Virus record (IMG/VR): IMGVR_UViG_3300047275_000100
Coordinates: 1 to 29,377 of that record
Origin: a virus
Taxonomy: Duplodnaviria; Caudoviricetes
Length of the DNA stretch: 29,377 bases
Strand: one strand, 5' to 3'
Under the pieces are notes generated by a model that searched no databases, had not been told where the DNA came from, and saw only the letters and a program-made list of their open reading frames with translations. How positions within the stretch are numbered: position 1 is the first letter of the stretch; each line of letters opens with the position of its first letter. This document shows, in pieces, positions 1-8,290 of the stretch. A program made the position numbers and the translations under genes.

Positions 1-27
1 GTCCTCGTCATCATCGCCACGCGCTGA
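1..27 (+). CDS. 3' end of an upstream gene (partial, ...VLVIIATR*)
   Basis: Frame 1 is open to TGA at 25-27, followed by a GAGG RBS-like sequence and the next ATG at 35. Confidence 0.4.
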   Translation, partial: VLVIIATR

Positions 28-34
28 GGTTGGC

Positions 35-343
35 ATGCAGTACGCCGACCAAGGCCAAGGCCGCGTCATCCGCGACGCCCAGCTGTCACTGTTCGAGGCC
101 AGGGACGCTGTCTTCCTGGCCCGCTGCCGGGCACTAGCAGTCGAGATCGCCCGCCGACAGGGCACCGTCTGCATCAACGACATCCGCGCACAGATCCAGC
201 TGCCAGCGGAAATGCACCCGTCCGTCCTGGGCGCGGTGTTCAGGACAAAACAGTTCCAGGCCTGCGGGTACACCGAGGCCACCCATCCCCAGGCGCACGC
301 CCGCGTGGTGCGCGTCTATCAACTGACCAGCAACAAGGAGTAA
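35..343 (+). CDS. Hypothetical phage protein, possibly small winged-helix-like DNA-binding protein
   Basis: 102-aa ORF with GAGG upstream, packed 3 nt before the exonuclease gene. The segment VCINDIR...HPSVLGAVF...RVVRVY is wHTH-like. Confidence 0.7.
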   Translation: MQYADQGQGRVIRDAQLSLFEARDAVFLARCRALAVEIARRQGTVCINDIRAQIQLPAEMHPSVLGAVFRTKQFQACGYTEATHPQAHARVVRVYQLTSNKE

Positions 344-346
344 CCA

Positions 347-1309
347 ATGGTCAACAAAGTCACCCCAGACACCATGCTGTCAGCCAGCCGGCTGCCGAGC
401 GTGATGGGTATCAGCCGATACCGCACACCCAATGATGAGCTGGAGGCCAGCATCAGGGCGCTGCAGGGTATCGAGGTTGAGTTCGATCCGAATGAGGCCA
501 TGGAGTGGGGCAACACCTTGGAGCCGGTCATCCTGGGAGAGGCTGCCAGGCGCCTCGAGCTGGCGGATGTGGTCACCAGCTACCCCACCGCCCGGTTCCA
601 TGAGTCGCTGCCTCTGTGCTGCAGCCTGGACGGCACCGGCGATGGCCGTGGCCAGGTCATCCGCACCGACCCGGAGGCCGGCATCTATGTGGTCGGCCAG
701 GACAGCATCAGGTTGGACGGTATCGGGGCGCTCGAGGCCAAGCTGACGGCCATGGAACCAGAGGATCTGCCGCCCCTGTGGCGTGGCCCGATCCAGCTGC
801 AGGCCCAGATGGACATCATCCAGGCCAAGTGGGGCTCGATCGCCACCCTCTATAAGGGCACCGAGATGCGCGTGTTTTTGTTCGCGCCGCACGCCGATAC
901 CGTGGCCAGGATCAGCCAGGTGGCCCGTGACTTCCAGGCCCGGCTGGACAAGTGGAAGGCCACCGGCGAGCTGGACTACTACCCGCCAGCAGATGGCGAG
1001 CAGTGGACTGTGACACGCGGCGCCTACCCGGCCATTGAGGAGCCGGTCACCCTGAGCAGCGAGGCCGCCGCCCTGGCCGATCAGATCGCCTACTGGCGCC
1101 AGGTCAACAAGACCAATGAGGACTCGATCAAGAAGGCTGAGGAGGATCTCAAGAAGCTGATGGGCAAGGCCACCATCGGCATCGCCGGCAAGTGGCAGAT
1201 CAAGTGGCCGGTCAAGAATTACTCAGCCCAGCCCGCAAAGATGGTGCCGGCCAAGGAGGCATACACCATTCGGCAGTCCACCCTGTCTATCAAGGAGCTG
1301 AAGACATGA
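347..1309 (+). CDS. YqaJ-like viral recombinase exonuclease (lambda Exo/PD-(D/E)xK fold)
   Basis: Motifs LSASRLPSVMGISRYRTP, AMEWGNTLEP, CSLDG, EAK and QLQAQM. AAGGAG RBS at 335-340. Lies just upstream of a RecT-like gene. Confidence 0.88.
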   Translation: MVNKVTPDTMLSASRLPSVMGISRYRTPNDELEASIRALQGIEVEFDPNEAMEWGNTLEPVILGEAARRLELADVVTSYPTARFHESLPLCCSLDGTGDGRGQVIRTDPEAGIYVVGQDSIRLDGIGALEAKLTAMEPEDLPPLWRGPIQLQAQMDIIQAKWGSIATLYKGTEMRVFLFAPHADTVARISQVARDFQARLDKWKATGELDYYPPADGEQWTVTRGAYPAIEEPVTLSSEAAALADQIAYWRQVNKTNEDSIKKAEEDLKKLMGKATIGIAGKWQIKWPVKNYSAQPAKMVPAKEAYTIRQSTLSIKELKT

Positions 1310-1497
1310 ACATCCAGATGATGGACATGGACAGCCTGACGGCAGCGCACAAGCGTGCCGTGGACGCCGTCCGATTCAACATCCCCAAGTGTACTGAGCA
1401 GGACGCAGATGAAATCGTGACAGCGATCGTCGCCCTGGTCTTTGAAACCATGAAGCAATACTTACCAGGAGAAGGCAATGCAACTGACAACCACTAA
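1306..1497 (+). CDS. Small hypothetical protein (63 aa, MNIQMMDMDSL...)
   Basis: ATGA overlap with the exonuclease stop and AAGGAG upstream. It is the 3' part of track ORF 1192..1497. Confidence 0.7.
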   Translation: MNIQMMDMDSLTAAHKRAVDAVRFNIPKCTEQDADEIVTAIVALVFETMKQYLPGEGNATDNH

Positions 1498-2503
1498 CCG
1501 GCAGGGCTTCGCGCCCGCTACCATTACCGAAGCCATGGAGTTCAGCAAGATGCTGGCCGGCAGCACCATGGTTCCCAAGGCATACCAGGGCAAGCCCCAG
1601 GACATCATGGTCTGTGTGCAGTGGGGGATGGAGCTGGGCCTGGCACCGATGCAGGCGCTGCAGAACATCGCTGTGATCAACGGCAAGCCCAGCGTCTACG
1701 GTGACGCCATGATGGCGCTGGTGCAGGCAAGCCCCGTCTGCGAGGGCGTGGATGAAACTATTGAGGGTGAAGGCACCACCAACCCGGTGGCCGTCTGCAT
1801 CGCCAGGCGCAAAGGCAGGAACCCGGTGATCGTGCGGTTCAGCGTCGAGGATGCCAAGCGAGCAGGCCTGTGGGGCAAGCAAGGCCCGTGGCAGTCGTAT
1901 CCCAAAAGGATGCTGGCCATGCGGGCCAGGGGCTTCGCCCTGCGCGATGCCTTCCCTGATGTGCTGAAGGGTCTGATCACGGTCGAGGAGGCGCAGGATT
2001 TCCCCTCAGAGGCCGCGCCCCTGCCGGCCAAGGTCGCACCTCGTAACCCGCTGGACGCACTGCCGCCGGTCAAGGCCATCCCTGTGGAAACCAGCGATCC
2101 GGTGGTGATTGCCGAGGCCATGGCCGACACGGTCGAGCCGCCGCCTGTACCGGTAGAGGTGCTGCAGCAGCAGGCCGAGGAGGCCGGCCTCGAGGTGGTC
2201 GAGATTGAGGAAATCAGCGAGCCGCCCGAGCTGCCAGCGCCGGTGGGTTTCGCGCTGCTACTGCCTGGCAAGAATGAGCCGGTCAGCATCCACGACACGC
2301 TCGAGGAGTGGCAGGACGCCTATGAAGCCATGGCCGACAAGGTGGCCAGGGCAGGCAAGGTTCCAGCCCGTGAGCGCATGACCAAGCTCAAGGAGCTGCG
2401 AGAGGTCAACGATGCGACGATGAAGCGCATCGACACGGTGGTCAGGGTCAGACACACCGCCGCCTACAGCAAGCGGCTCAATGCGCTGGGGGCTGCCCAG
2501 TAG
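1478..2503 (+). CDS. recT: RecT-family single-strand annealing protein
   Basis: Motifs VPKAYQGKPQDI, GMELGLAPMQALQNIAVINGKP, DAKRAGLWGK, WQSYPKRML, ARGFALRDAFPDVLKG. A Pro/Glu-rich linker precedes a helical C-terminal domain. Confidence 0.88.
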   Translation: MQLTTTNRQGFAPATITEAMEFSKMLAGSTMVPKAYQGKPQDIMVCVQWGMELGLAPMQALQNIAVINGKPSVYGDAMMALVQASPVCEGVDETIEGEGTTNPVAVCIARRKGRNPVIVRFSVEDAKRAGLWGKQGPWQSYPKRMLAMRARGFALRDAFPDVLKGLITVEEAQDFPSEAAPLPAKVAPRNPLDALPPVKAIPVETSDPVVIAEAMADTVEPPPVPVEVLQQQAEEAGLEVVEIEEISEPPELPAPVGFALLLPGKNEPVSIHDTLEEWQDAYEAMADKVARAGKVPARERMTKLKELREVNDATMKRIDTVVRVRHTAAYSKRLNALGAAQ

Positions 2504-2975
2504 AGAGGAACAAGGCCCGCTCGTCGCGGCGCCGTTTGACAAGGCCGGGAAGCTCTTTGCCCCCGGCCTTTGTCCATTGGAGGAAGGCATCTGCTGCCTC
2601 CTCCCACTCGCCCCGCTGGATCTTCATGCGGATGGTGCTGCGCTGGAAGTTGCCAAGCCCTACGTTGAAAGAGAAGCTGACGCAAGCGTCGAAAGCACCT
2701 TGACGGCCAGCAAGAGCAGGAGCGAGTCGTAGTACACCGCGCTCAAACCCCTCAAGATCTTTAGCCAGGATGGCATCGACTTCTCCCATGGTCAGTATCC
2801 GATCCCAGCCAGCCGGGATGGGCAGGGTTTTGCGCTCCTCGAACGGTACCCGGATGTGGCCCTGATCAATGACATGGCCGACGCCGACCGTCCAGATCAG
2901 TGCCGGGCAGCGGTATGGTTTGACCCGCACCCCTTCGTGGTGCTTGATCATCTTGAGACAGGTGTCGCTGATCAT
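2478..2975 (-). CDS. Endolysin, phage lysozyme (GH24)
   Basis: HEG...PYRCPA...WTVGVGH catalytic region, FDACVSFSFNVGLGNF, and GLVKRRRDERALFL. Confidence 0.93.
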   Translation of the reverse strand: MISDTCLKMIKHHEGVRVKPYRCPALIWTVGVGHVIDQGHIRVPFEERKTLPIPAGWDRILTMGEVDAILAKDLEGFERGVLRLAPALAGRQGAFDACVSFSFNVGLGNFQRSTIRMKIQRGEWEEAADAFLQWTKAGGKELPGLVKRRRDERALFLSTGQPPAH

Positions 2976-3487
2976 TTCCCAAAGGCCCGGCCACCGAAGT
3001 GGAAGGCGATGATCGACGCGAACAGCGTGGCAGTCTCAGCATCCCACAGCATCTCTGCCAGCTTGTCGAACTCCACGCCGCGAGTCCAGCCGTACCAGAA
3101 CAAGCCGGCGTCAATGAACACCAGCAGGAAGAAGAACCCGTAGGTGATCACTGGCCGCACCGACGCACGCAGGTTTTTCATCCAGGTGCTGGTGCCCTCG
3201 TTCAGCGCCGTGTCATGCGCGTAGATGGCCTGCATCTCAGCCTGCTGCGCTTGCACCAGGGTCTGCTGCATCTGGCTCTCAGCCTGGGCCTGGATCTGGT
3301 CGAGCCTGATCTCCTCGATCCTGGCCTGGGCAGCGTAGCCACGCTCGAGCATCTGCAGCTCGCGCTCGGTCTGCATCTTGGCCAGCTCCAGCTCATGCGC
3401 TTTGTCCGATTTATCCTGGAAAAAATCCAAGATCTTGGGCAGGCCGCCCATCAGGAAGGAGACTACGGTCGAGAGAAGGGTCAGCAT
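2972..3487 (-). CDS. Putative holin (3TM GTA-holin-like)
   Basis: Start reassigned to MLTLLSTVV. N-terminal hydrophobic helix, coiled coil, W..NLRASVRPVITY, two further TM segments and C-terminal FHFGGRAFGK. ATGA overlap with the lysozyme gene. Confidence 0.7.
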   Translation of the reverse strand: MLTLLSTVVSFLMGGLPKILDFFQDKSDKAHELELAKMQTERELQMLERGYAAQARIEEIRLDQIQAQAESQMQQTLVQAQQAEMQAIYAHDTALNEGTSTWMKNLRASVRPVITYGFFFLLVFIDAGLFWYGWTRGVEFDKLAEMLWDAETATLFASIIAFHFGGRAFGK

Positions 3488-3488
3488 A

Positions 3489-3941
3489 TCAAACTCCAAA
3501 GTAACCAAAAGCCATGAGGCCAGAACCCAGCAGCCCCACACCGACGCTGGCCCAGAACAGCGGCATTGTCACGGCCAGGATGGCAGCCGTGGAAAGGACG
3601 ATGCCAAGCTGCAGCGCAGAGCCGGCATAGGTATAGAAGGGGCTGCGCTCCTTAGCTAGGTCGCGCTCCTCCTCGAGCTGGTGCGCCTTGGCCATGATGT
3701 CTTCCATGTCCATCTTCATGCGAGCGGCAGCATCAGCTCGGCCCGCTACATCGTAGACAACAGAGCGCACGTTCTTGGCCTGGTACCAGGCCCACATATT
3801 GTTTGCCTGGATGGTGTTGGTCAGCACCCTGCTTGAGTTGCTATTGCCCAGCATGGTGTTGATGGCCAGCAAGGCAGCGAACACCGTAACCGTGATTGCA
3901 GCACGGCGCTTGATGAGGATCTCAAGTTCTGACCTGGTCAT
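3489..3941 (-). CDS. Membrane protein, DUF4337-like
   Basis: TM helix AITVTVFAALLAI, motif ANNMWAWYQAKNVR, and C-terminal TM pair ALQLGIVLSTAAIL / LFWASVGVGLLGSGL. Confidence 0.72.
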   Translation of the reverse strand: MTRSELEILIKRRAAITVTVFAALLAINTMLGNSNSSRVLTNTIQANNMWAWYQAKNVRSVVYDVAGRADAAARMKMDMEDIMAKAHQLEEERDLAKERSPFYTYAGSALQLGIVLSTAAILAVTMPLFWASVGVGLLGSGLMAFGYFGV

Positions 3942-4047
3942 TCTTTCTTACCCACTTCACACATATCACTTGCCGAGAAAAAACATCACCGACCCACACC
4001 CATTTGGCGCACTCGTACTGGATGGCGGTGGCCAGCAAGAATGTCAT
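3922..4047 (-). CDS. Small Cys/Trp-rich peptide (41 aa, MTFLLATAIQYECAKWVWVGDVFSRQVICVKWVRKNDQVRT); not in ORF track
   Basis: Translated by hand. ATGA overlap with the stop of 4044..4517, GGAG RBS upstream, and it fills the gap to the next gene. Confidence 0.65.
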   Translation of the reverse strand: MTFLLATAIQYECAKWVWVGDVFSRQVICVKWVRKNDQVRT

Positions 4048-4517
4048 TGCTCCATCGCTGTCAGGATGAAGTAGACCGTGGCCGCTAACAAGGCGATGCA
4101 GAAAAACGAAGCGCCAAGGATGATCATGGTTTCTTCAACCTCTTTGTCGTGCCGTGCCTTGGCCTCTTTGCGCCTGCGCTCTGCCTTGGCTGCGTCGGCC
4201 TCCATCTGTTTGGCACGCTGGGTGATCCGCATCCAGACGTCCATCTTGTTCGATTGAAAAAAGAGCATCTTGACCTGCTCTTCAAACTCTCTGGCCTGCT
4301 CGAGCGCCATCTCCAGCTCTAAAGCCTTGCCAAGCGCGGAGCCTTTAAAGTCGCCCGTCTTCGCCTTCTCGACTACCTCAATGGCCTGCGCCTTAGCGTC
4401 GAAATACTTCCCCAGCACCGGCCCAAGACTCTGCACATCCTGGACAGTCGCAACCGCCTTCTTGACCAGGTTGACGGCGCTGCTTACAGCCGCCAGGGCG
4501 GTTATGGGGTCGATCAT
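4044..4517 (-). CDS. Hypothetical protein with coiled coil and C-terminal TM helix (MIDPITALAA...)
   Basis: 157-aa ORF tightly packed in the lysis region, with hydrophobic C-terminus IILGASFFCIALLAATVYFIL. Confidence 0.8.
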   Translation of the reverse strand: MIDPITALAAVSSAVNLVKKAVATVQDVQSLGPVLGKYFDAKAQAIEVVEKAKTGDFKGSALGKALELEMALEQAREFEEQVKMLFFQSNKMDVWMRITQRAKQMEADAAKAERRRKEAKARHDKEVEETMIILGASFFCIALLAATVYFILTAMEQ

Positions 4518-4518
4518 G

Positions 4519-4752
4519 TCAGCCGCCTTTAAAGTGTCCTGCCACCCAAGCCGCGAATGCGCCGACGCTGCTGGCGATAGTCATGCCCATCCAGAAGCCG
4601 CCTTTACCCTTATTTGCAAGAGCCAGCAGCTCCTCGATCTGGCGCTCCATCTTGTCGAGCTTCTTGTCAATGACCTCGAACCTGCGCTCGTAGTCCTGGA
4701 CGCGCTGCCACATCGCACCATACTTAATGGGATCGATCTCTGCCGGTTCCAT
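4519..4752 (-). CDS. Small coiled-coil protein with C-terminal TM helix (holin/antiholin-like architecture)
   Basis: 77 aa. Heptad segment IDKKLDKMERQIEELL, then NKGKGGFW and a TM helix. Confidence 0.75.
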   Translation of the reverse strand: MEPAEIDPIKYGAMWQRVQDYERRFEVIDKKLDKMERQIEELLALANKGKGGFWMGMTIASSVGAFAAWVAGHFKGG

Positions 4753-4756
4753 GATT

Positions 4757-4897
4757 TCATTCCGATGATTCTTGGAGTTGCTGTTCGGCCTGCTCTTTGA
4801 TCTTCAGAATCAGAGGCCAGGCACCTGATTTCGTTGGAAGCTCACCCAATACATTGATGATGTATTGGATTTCCTCTTTCGTCAGAGTCAGATTCAT
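4757..4897 (-). CDS. Small hypothetical protein (46 aa, MNLTLTKEEIQYIINVLGELPTKSGAWPLILKIKEQAEQQLQESSE); not in ORF track
   Basis: Translated by hand. ATGA overlap with the stop of 4894..5187, ending 4 nt before the next start. Confidence 0.7.
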   Translation of the reverse strand: MNLTLTKEEIQYIINVLGELPTKSGAWPLILKIKEQAEQQLQESSE

Positions 4898-5187
4898 GCC
4901 TGCCCCCAAGGAGTGCCGCTGGCTTGCTTAGGAGCTTTTTGGTCAGCGATCTGAGCAGCCAAAGCCGCCTCAGTCGCAGCCTTGTCCACGCTCTCCCAGA
5001 CCCACGCCAATACCTGCTGCTCGGTCAGGTTGGCATAAGGCACGGTGGGCTGCCCATCTGCCCAGCCGCAGGTGCTGTAGACGCTGGCGCTGTAGTCGCC
5101 ATCAACGGCAGTAGCACGCCAGTGCGCGGTGGTGACAAAGCCGTCAGAGGTGCGGCGGTCGAGATTGTCGATTGTCCAGGTGGTCAT
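4894..5187 (-). CDS. Tail-fibre-associated small protein (possible assembly chaperone)
   Basis: 97 aa directly after the tail fibre gene, AAGGA RBS, motif PYANLTEQQVLAWVW...GTPW typical of post-fibre genes. Confidence 0.75.
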   Translation of the reverse strand: MTTWTIDNLDRRTSDGFVTTAHWRATAVDGDYSASVYSTCGWADGQPTVPYANLTEQQVLAWVWESVDKAATEAALAAQIADQKAPKQASGTPWGQA

Positions 5188-5198
5188 GGTTTTTCCTT

Positions 5199-8100
5199 TC
5201 AGGGGTGAGATGCTTTGTAAGCGTCAAATTCTGCTTTGAGTTCTTTGATTGCCGCCACTAACAGCGGGATTACATCTGTGTATTGAACACTTAATTCATC
5301 TGGATTGCTTGAATCGACTGCTTCCGGCAAAACAGCTTGAACATCTTGGGCAATCAGGAAACTACGGCGTTTTCCTTCCTCATCAGTTTTATATTTACCG
5401 ATAACTGCGCGAAGTGTGGAAACTTTGTTTGCCGCATCACTGATTGGCTCAATAATGTCTTTTTTACGCTCGTCAGAAATTGTGCCCCAACTTGTCCCTC
5501 CATCTGCAAGCGTCACTCCTGTCGTACTTGCATTAACAATATAAAACTTGTTATCGGAACCTACAATTTGATTCCAATTCAAACCTGCCGTTGCATTGGG
5601 ATTTCGCATTCCAATCATGTCGCCACTGCTTTTTTGCAGTGTTAAAAGATTAGCTCCAATTTGTGTCGTCGTCCCCACCAGCAAATTCCCGCTAGAGTCG
5701 ATGCGGGCGCGTTCGGAGCCGCCTGTTTGAAAAGCAAGAACTCCAGAGCCACCAGTATTGGCGAAAGTGACGGTGTTGCTGCTGAATGTTGCGCGGAAGT
5801 TTGCGTCTACACCATTCTCCGCATTGATAAAGCGGACGTTACCGGGCGTGCCAAGATCAAGTCTTGCGGCTGGGCTCGTCGTCCCTATCCCCAGGTTGCC
5901 GGATGAGTCGATCCTAGCCACCTCCGCGCCGCCCTCTGCAAAAGCAATGGTGTCAGCGGCAGGGAAGAAGATACCTGTGTTGTCATCACCAAACCGAGTC
6001 AGGGCTGGCGCAGCCGCCGAGCCAGCAGCAAACTGGACATTCCCAGCAAAATAGTTCGCCGCCGTCCCGCTGGCGTAGATGTTCCACTTGTTCGTGCCAG
6101 AGGAAACCAGCGAGGTGATGCCGTAGTTGTTTGTGGCAGATGTTAAATCTGCAATGTACAAGCCATATTGATTGGTCGCTGATGACCCAGCGCCAAGACT
6201 TACGTTGTTACTTCTAATTCCATATACTGAGCCAACAGTAAACGATGCGGCTTCTGTACTGTTTGCAACCAAAAGACCGTAAAGTGTAGTTGCTGTTGAA
6301 TTAGCAGTGATGCCGGATTGGATAGCGGTCTGCGTTGTTTGTTGTAAACCGCTACTTCTAATGTAAGCGGCAATACTACTATTCGGGCTTCCCCCAATCG
6401 CCATATACCCATTCACCGTCACAGTGTCGGTGGAGGCATCGCCAAGGGTGGTGTTGCCTGTGATGTTGGCAGAGCCAGATACGGACAGGGCGTTTGTTGG
6501 CGAACTCGTCCCAATCCCCACGTTGCCGGCAGATGTGATACGCATACGATCGGACGAGTTCGTCCGAAACGCCATTGAGTTATCTGTATGGTCGTAAGTC
6601 AGCAGCCCAATATTCGCTGAAACCTCATCGCCAAACCGAATTTGACTTACACCAGCAGAGTTTGCAATCAATTCCAATCTGGCATCACCGCCAGCAAAGG
6701 TGCTTTCAATTTCTACCGAAGTATCTCCGGTTGATGAAGCAACATGAAGCGGAGCAGCAGGCGAACTCGTCCCTATCCCCAAACTCGTCCCATCAAAAGT
6801 CAGCGCACTCCCCGAGGTCAGGACTTTCGAGCCGTTGAGGTACGTCACGCCGTTGGCGGTGCCGCCTGACAGAGTTGGGTTTTGTGCCAGCGTGGTCGCG
6901 CCAGTAACAGACAGCGAAGTGACAGTTCCACCGACAGTGGATGCTGCCTGCCAGGTCGAGCCGTTGTACACACGCAGCTCATTAGCGCTGGTGTTGAAGT
7001 ACTGGTCGCCAGTGGTCAGCGCATTGCCGTCATTGTCAACGCTCGGGTCGCTAGACTTGGCACCTAAATAGATATCATCGAAGGCATCGAAACTGGCGGC
7101 GGCGGCGGCGGCAGATGCGGCGGCAGCGGTGGCACTGCTGGCCGCATTGGTTGCCTGAGTGGTAGCGATGCCGGCCTGGGTGGTCGCTGTGCTTGCAGAA
7201 GATGACGCACTGCTGGCGCTGTTGGCAGCATTGGTGGCGCTAGTTGATGCATTGCTTGCGCTAGTGCTTGCCGACGATGCAGAGTTTGACGCATTGGTAG
7301 CAGAAGTGCTTGCAGAGCTTGCACTATTTGCTGCGTTTGTCGCAGAGGTCGATGCGTTGCTGGCCTGGGTGCTTGCCGTAGATGCGGAGCTTGCAGCAGC
7401 CGATGCCGAGTTGGCAGCATTGGTGGCTGAGGTCGAAGCATTGCTGGCCTGCGTAGAAGCGGTGCTGGCAGATGATGCAGCATTGGTGGCCGAAGTGCTG
7501 GCAGCAGATGCTGAAGATGCAGCATTAGTGGCGCTGGTCGATGCAGCAGATGCGCTTGCTGCAGCAGCAGACGCTGAAGCACCAGCAGCTGCGGCATCAA
7601 CTAGCAAGAACCATTTCGCAGAGTCAGCATTAGTGCCAATAGGTTGAGATCCGCTGGAGGTATGCTGCGTAACGCATTGCCAGATATTGCTTGTGCTGGT
7701 GTCTTTGACAATGTCTCGGACGTAATACAGCGTGCCGCTCGCCCAGTTGCCACGGTTTGAGCCAATGAACTCCGCAGCATCTGGATTTCCGTTAGAGTCA
7801 AAAGAAAGAACTTTTCCAGCTCGTTCAGATGAACGGGGCAGGATCATATTGATGCTTGTTGGATCAGTCTGCGGCGCCTGGAGCGCACGCTGCAAACCCT
7901 CAGCATTCTGCTGCGCGAAGATGGTCTGCTGATCCATCTCGTCATTGACCGTGTTGGCGAAGAAGTCGCCGCCGGTCACAAAGTCGGTGGTGCGCTGGAT
8001 GGTGCGGTTACCAACGATGGCGATCTGCGTGGCCCCGGTTGGCGTGGCCACTAGAGTCACATAGCCAGTGCCGTTGCTATTGATTGTGACCGTGTAATCG

Positions 8101-8240
8101 GTGGTCAGCGTCAGCAGCGTGTCGTCCTTATAAACAGCAACGTCAGTAGCTGCCAGGATCTCAAAGCTGAAGCTATACGGGCCAGTGCCGCTTGCGGCCA
8201 GCACCACCCGGCGCGTGACGTTAGAAATTGGGATGGCCAT
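5199..8240 (-). CDS. Tail fibre protein with T7 gp17-like N-terminal anchor and C-terminal intramolecular chaperone (peptidase S74)
   Basis: N-terminal YSFSFEILAATDVAVY...DYTVT, CBM-like GNWASGTLY, Ala/Ser/Thr heptad stalk, repeated G(N/S)xGIGTxSP modules, then SDERKKDII...FLIAQDVQAVLPEAV...IPLLVAAIKEL. Confidence 0.9.
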   Translation of the reverse strand: MAIPISNVTRRVVLAASGTGPYSFSFEILAATDVAVYKDDTLLTLTTDYTVTINSNGTGYVTLVATPTGATQIAIVGNRTIQRTTDFVTGGDFFANTVNDEMDQQTIFAQQNAEGLQRALQAPQTDPTSINMILPRSSERAGKVLSFDSNGNPDAAEFIGSNRGNWASGTLYYVRDIVKDTSTSNIWQCVTQHTSSGSQPIGTNADSAKWFLLVDAAAAGASASAAAASASAASTSATNAASSASAASTSATNAASSASTASTQASNASTSATNAANSASAAASSASTASTQASNASTSATNAANSASSASTSATNASNSASSASTSASNASTSATNAANSASSASSSASTATTQAGIATTQATNAASSATAAAASAAAAAASFDAFDDIYLGAKSSDPSVDNDGNALTTGDQYFNTSANELRVYNGSTWQAASTVGGTVTSLSVTGATTLAQNPTLSGGTANGVTYLNGSKVLTSGSALTFDGTSLGIGTSSPAAPLHVASSTGDTSVEIESTFAGGDARLELIANSAGVSQIRFGDEVSANIGLLTYDHTDNSMAFRTNSSDRMRITSAGNVGIGTSSPTNALSVSGSANITGNTTLGDASTDTVTVNGYMAIGGSPNSSIAAYIRSSGLQQTTQTAIQSGITANSTATTLYGLLVANSTEAASFTVGSVYGIRSNNVSLGAGSSATNQYGLYIADLTSATNNYGITSLVSSGTNKWNIYASGTAANYFAGNVQFAAGSAAAPALTRFGDDNTGIFFPAADTIAFAEGGAEVARIDSSGNLGIGTTSPAARLDLGTPGNVRFINAENGVDANFRATFSSNTVTFANTGGSGVLAFQTGGSERARIDSSGNLLVGTTTQIGANLLTLQKSSGDMIGMRNPNATAGLNWNQIVGSDNKFYIVNASTTGVTLADGGTSWGTISDERKKDIIEPISDAANKVSTLRAVIGKYKTDEEGKRRSFLIAQDVQAVLPEAVDSSNPDELSVQYTDVIPLLVAAIKELKAEFDAYKASHP
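7095..7595 (-). repeat. Degenerate 21-bp/42-bp coding repeats for Ala/Ser/Thr heptads (ASTSATN, AASSASA, ASTQASN) of the fibre stalk
   Basis: Recurring GCAGCATTGGTGGC and related units on the + strand, with 7-residue periodicity in the translation. Confidence 0.85.
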
Positions 8241-8262
8241 GACTCAATCCTTCCTATTGAAA

Positions 8263-8290
8263 ATTGTACTTTCGGGCGCCTATTCGGCAA
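8263..8290 (-). promoter_or_regulatory. Putative sigma70-like promoter for the tail fibre/lysis genes (TTGCCG-N16-TACAAT)
   Basis: Read on the minus strand at the end of the 1031-aa gene and in the following gap, then an AGGAAGGA RBS and ATG at 8240. Confidence 0.45.

Noticed and set aside
3488-3541. N-terminal extension of the holin-like ORF (MWGCWVLASW...)
   Set aside because: It overlaps the upstream gene. ATG 3487, with a GGAG RBS next to the upstream stop, is the better start.
7095-7595. Periodic repeats that could suggest a CRISPR array
   Set aside because: They are degenerate, in-frame codon repeats for Ala/Ser/Thr heptads, with no constant repeat and unique spacer structure.
5199-8240. 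Diversity-generating retroelement acting on the tail fibre, as in BPP-1
   Set aside because: No reverse transcriptase and no ~100-bp TR/VR pair differing at adenines was seen in the window.
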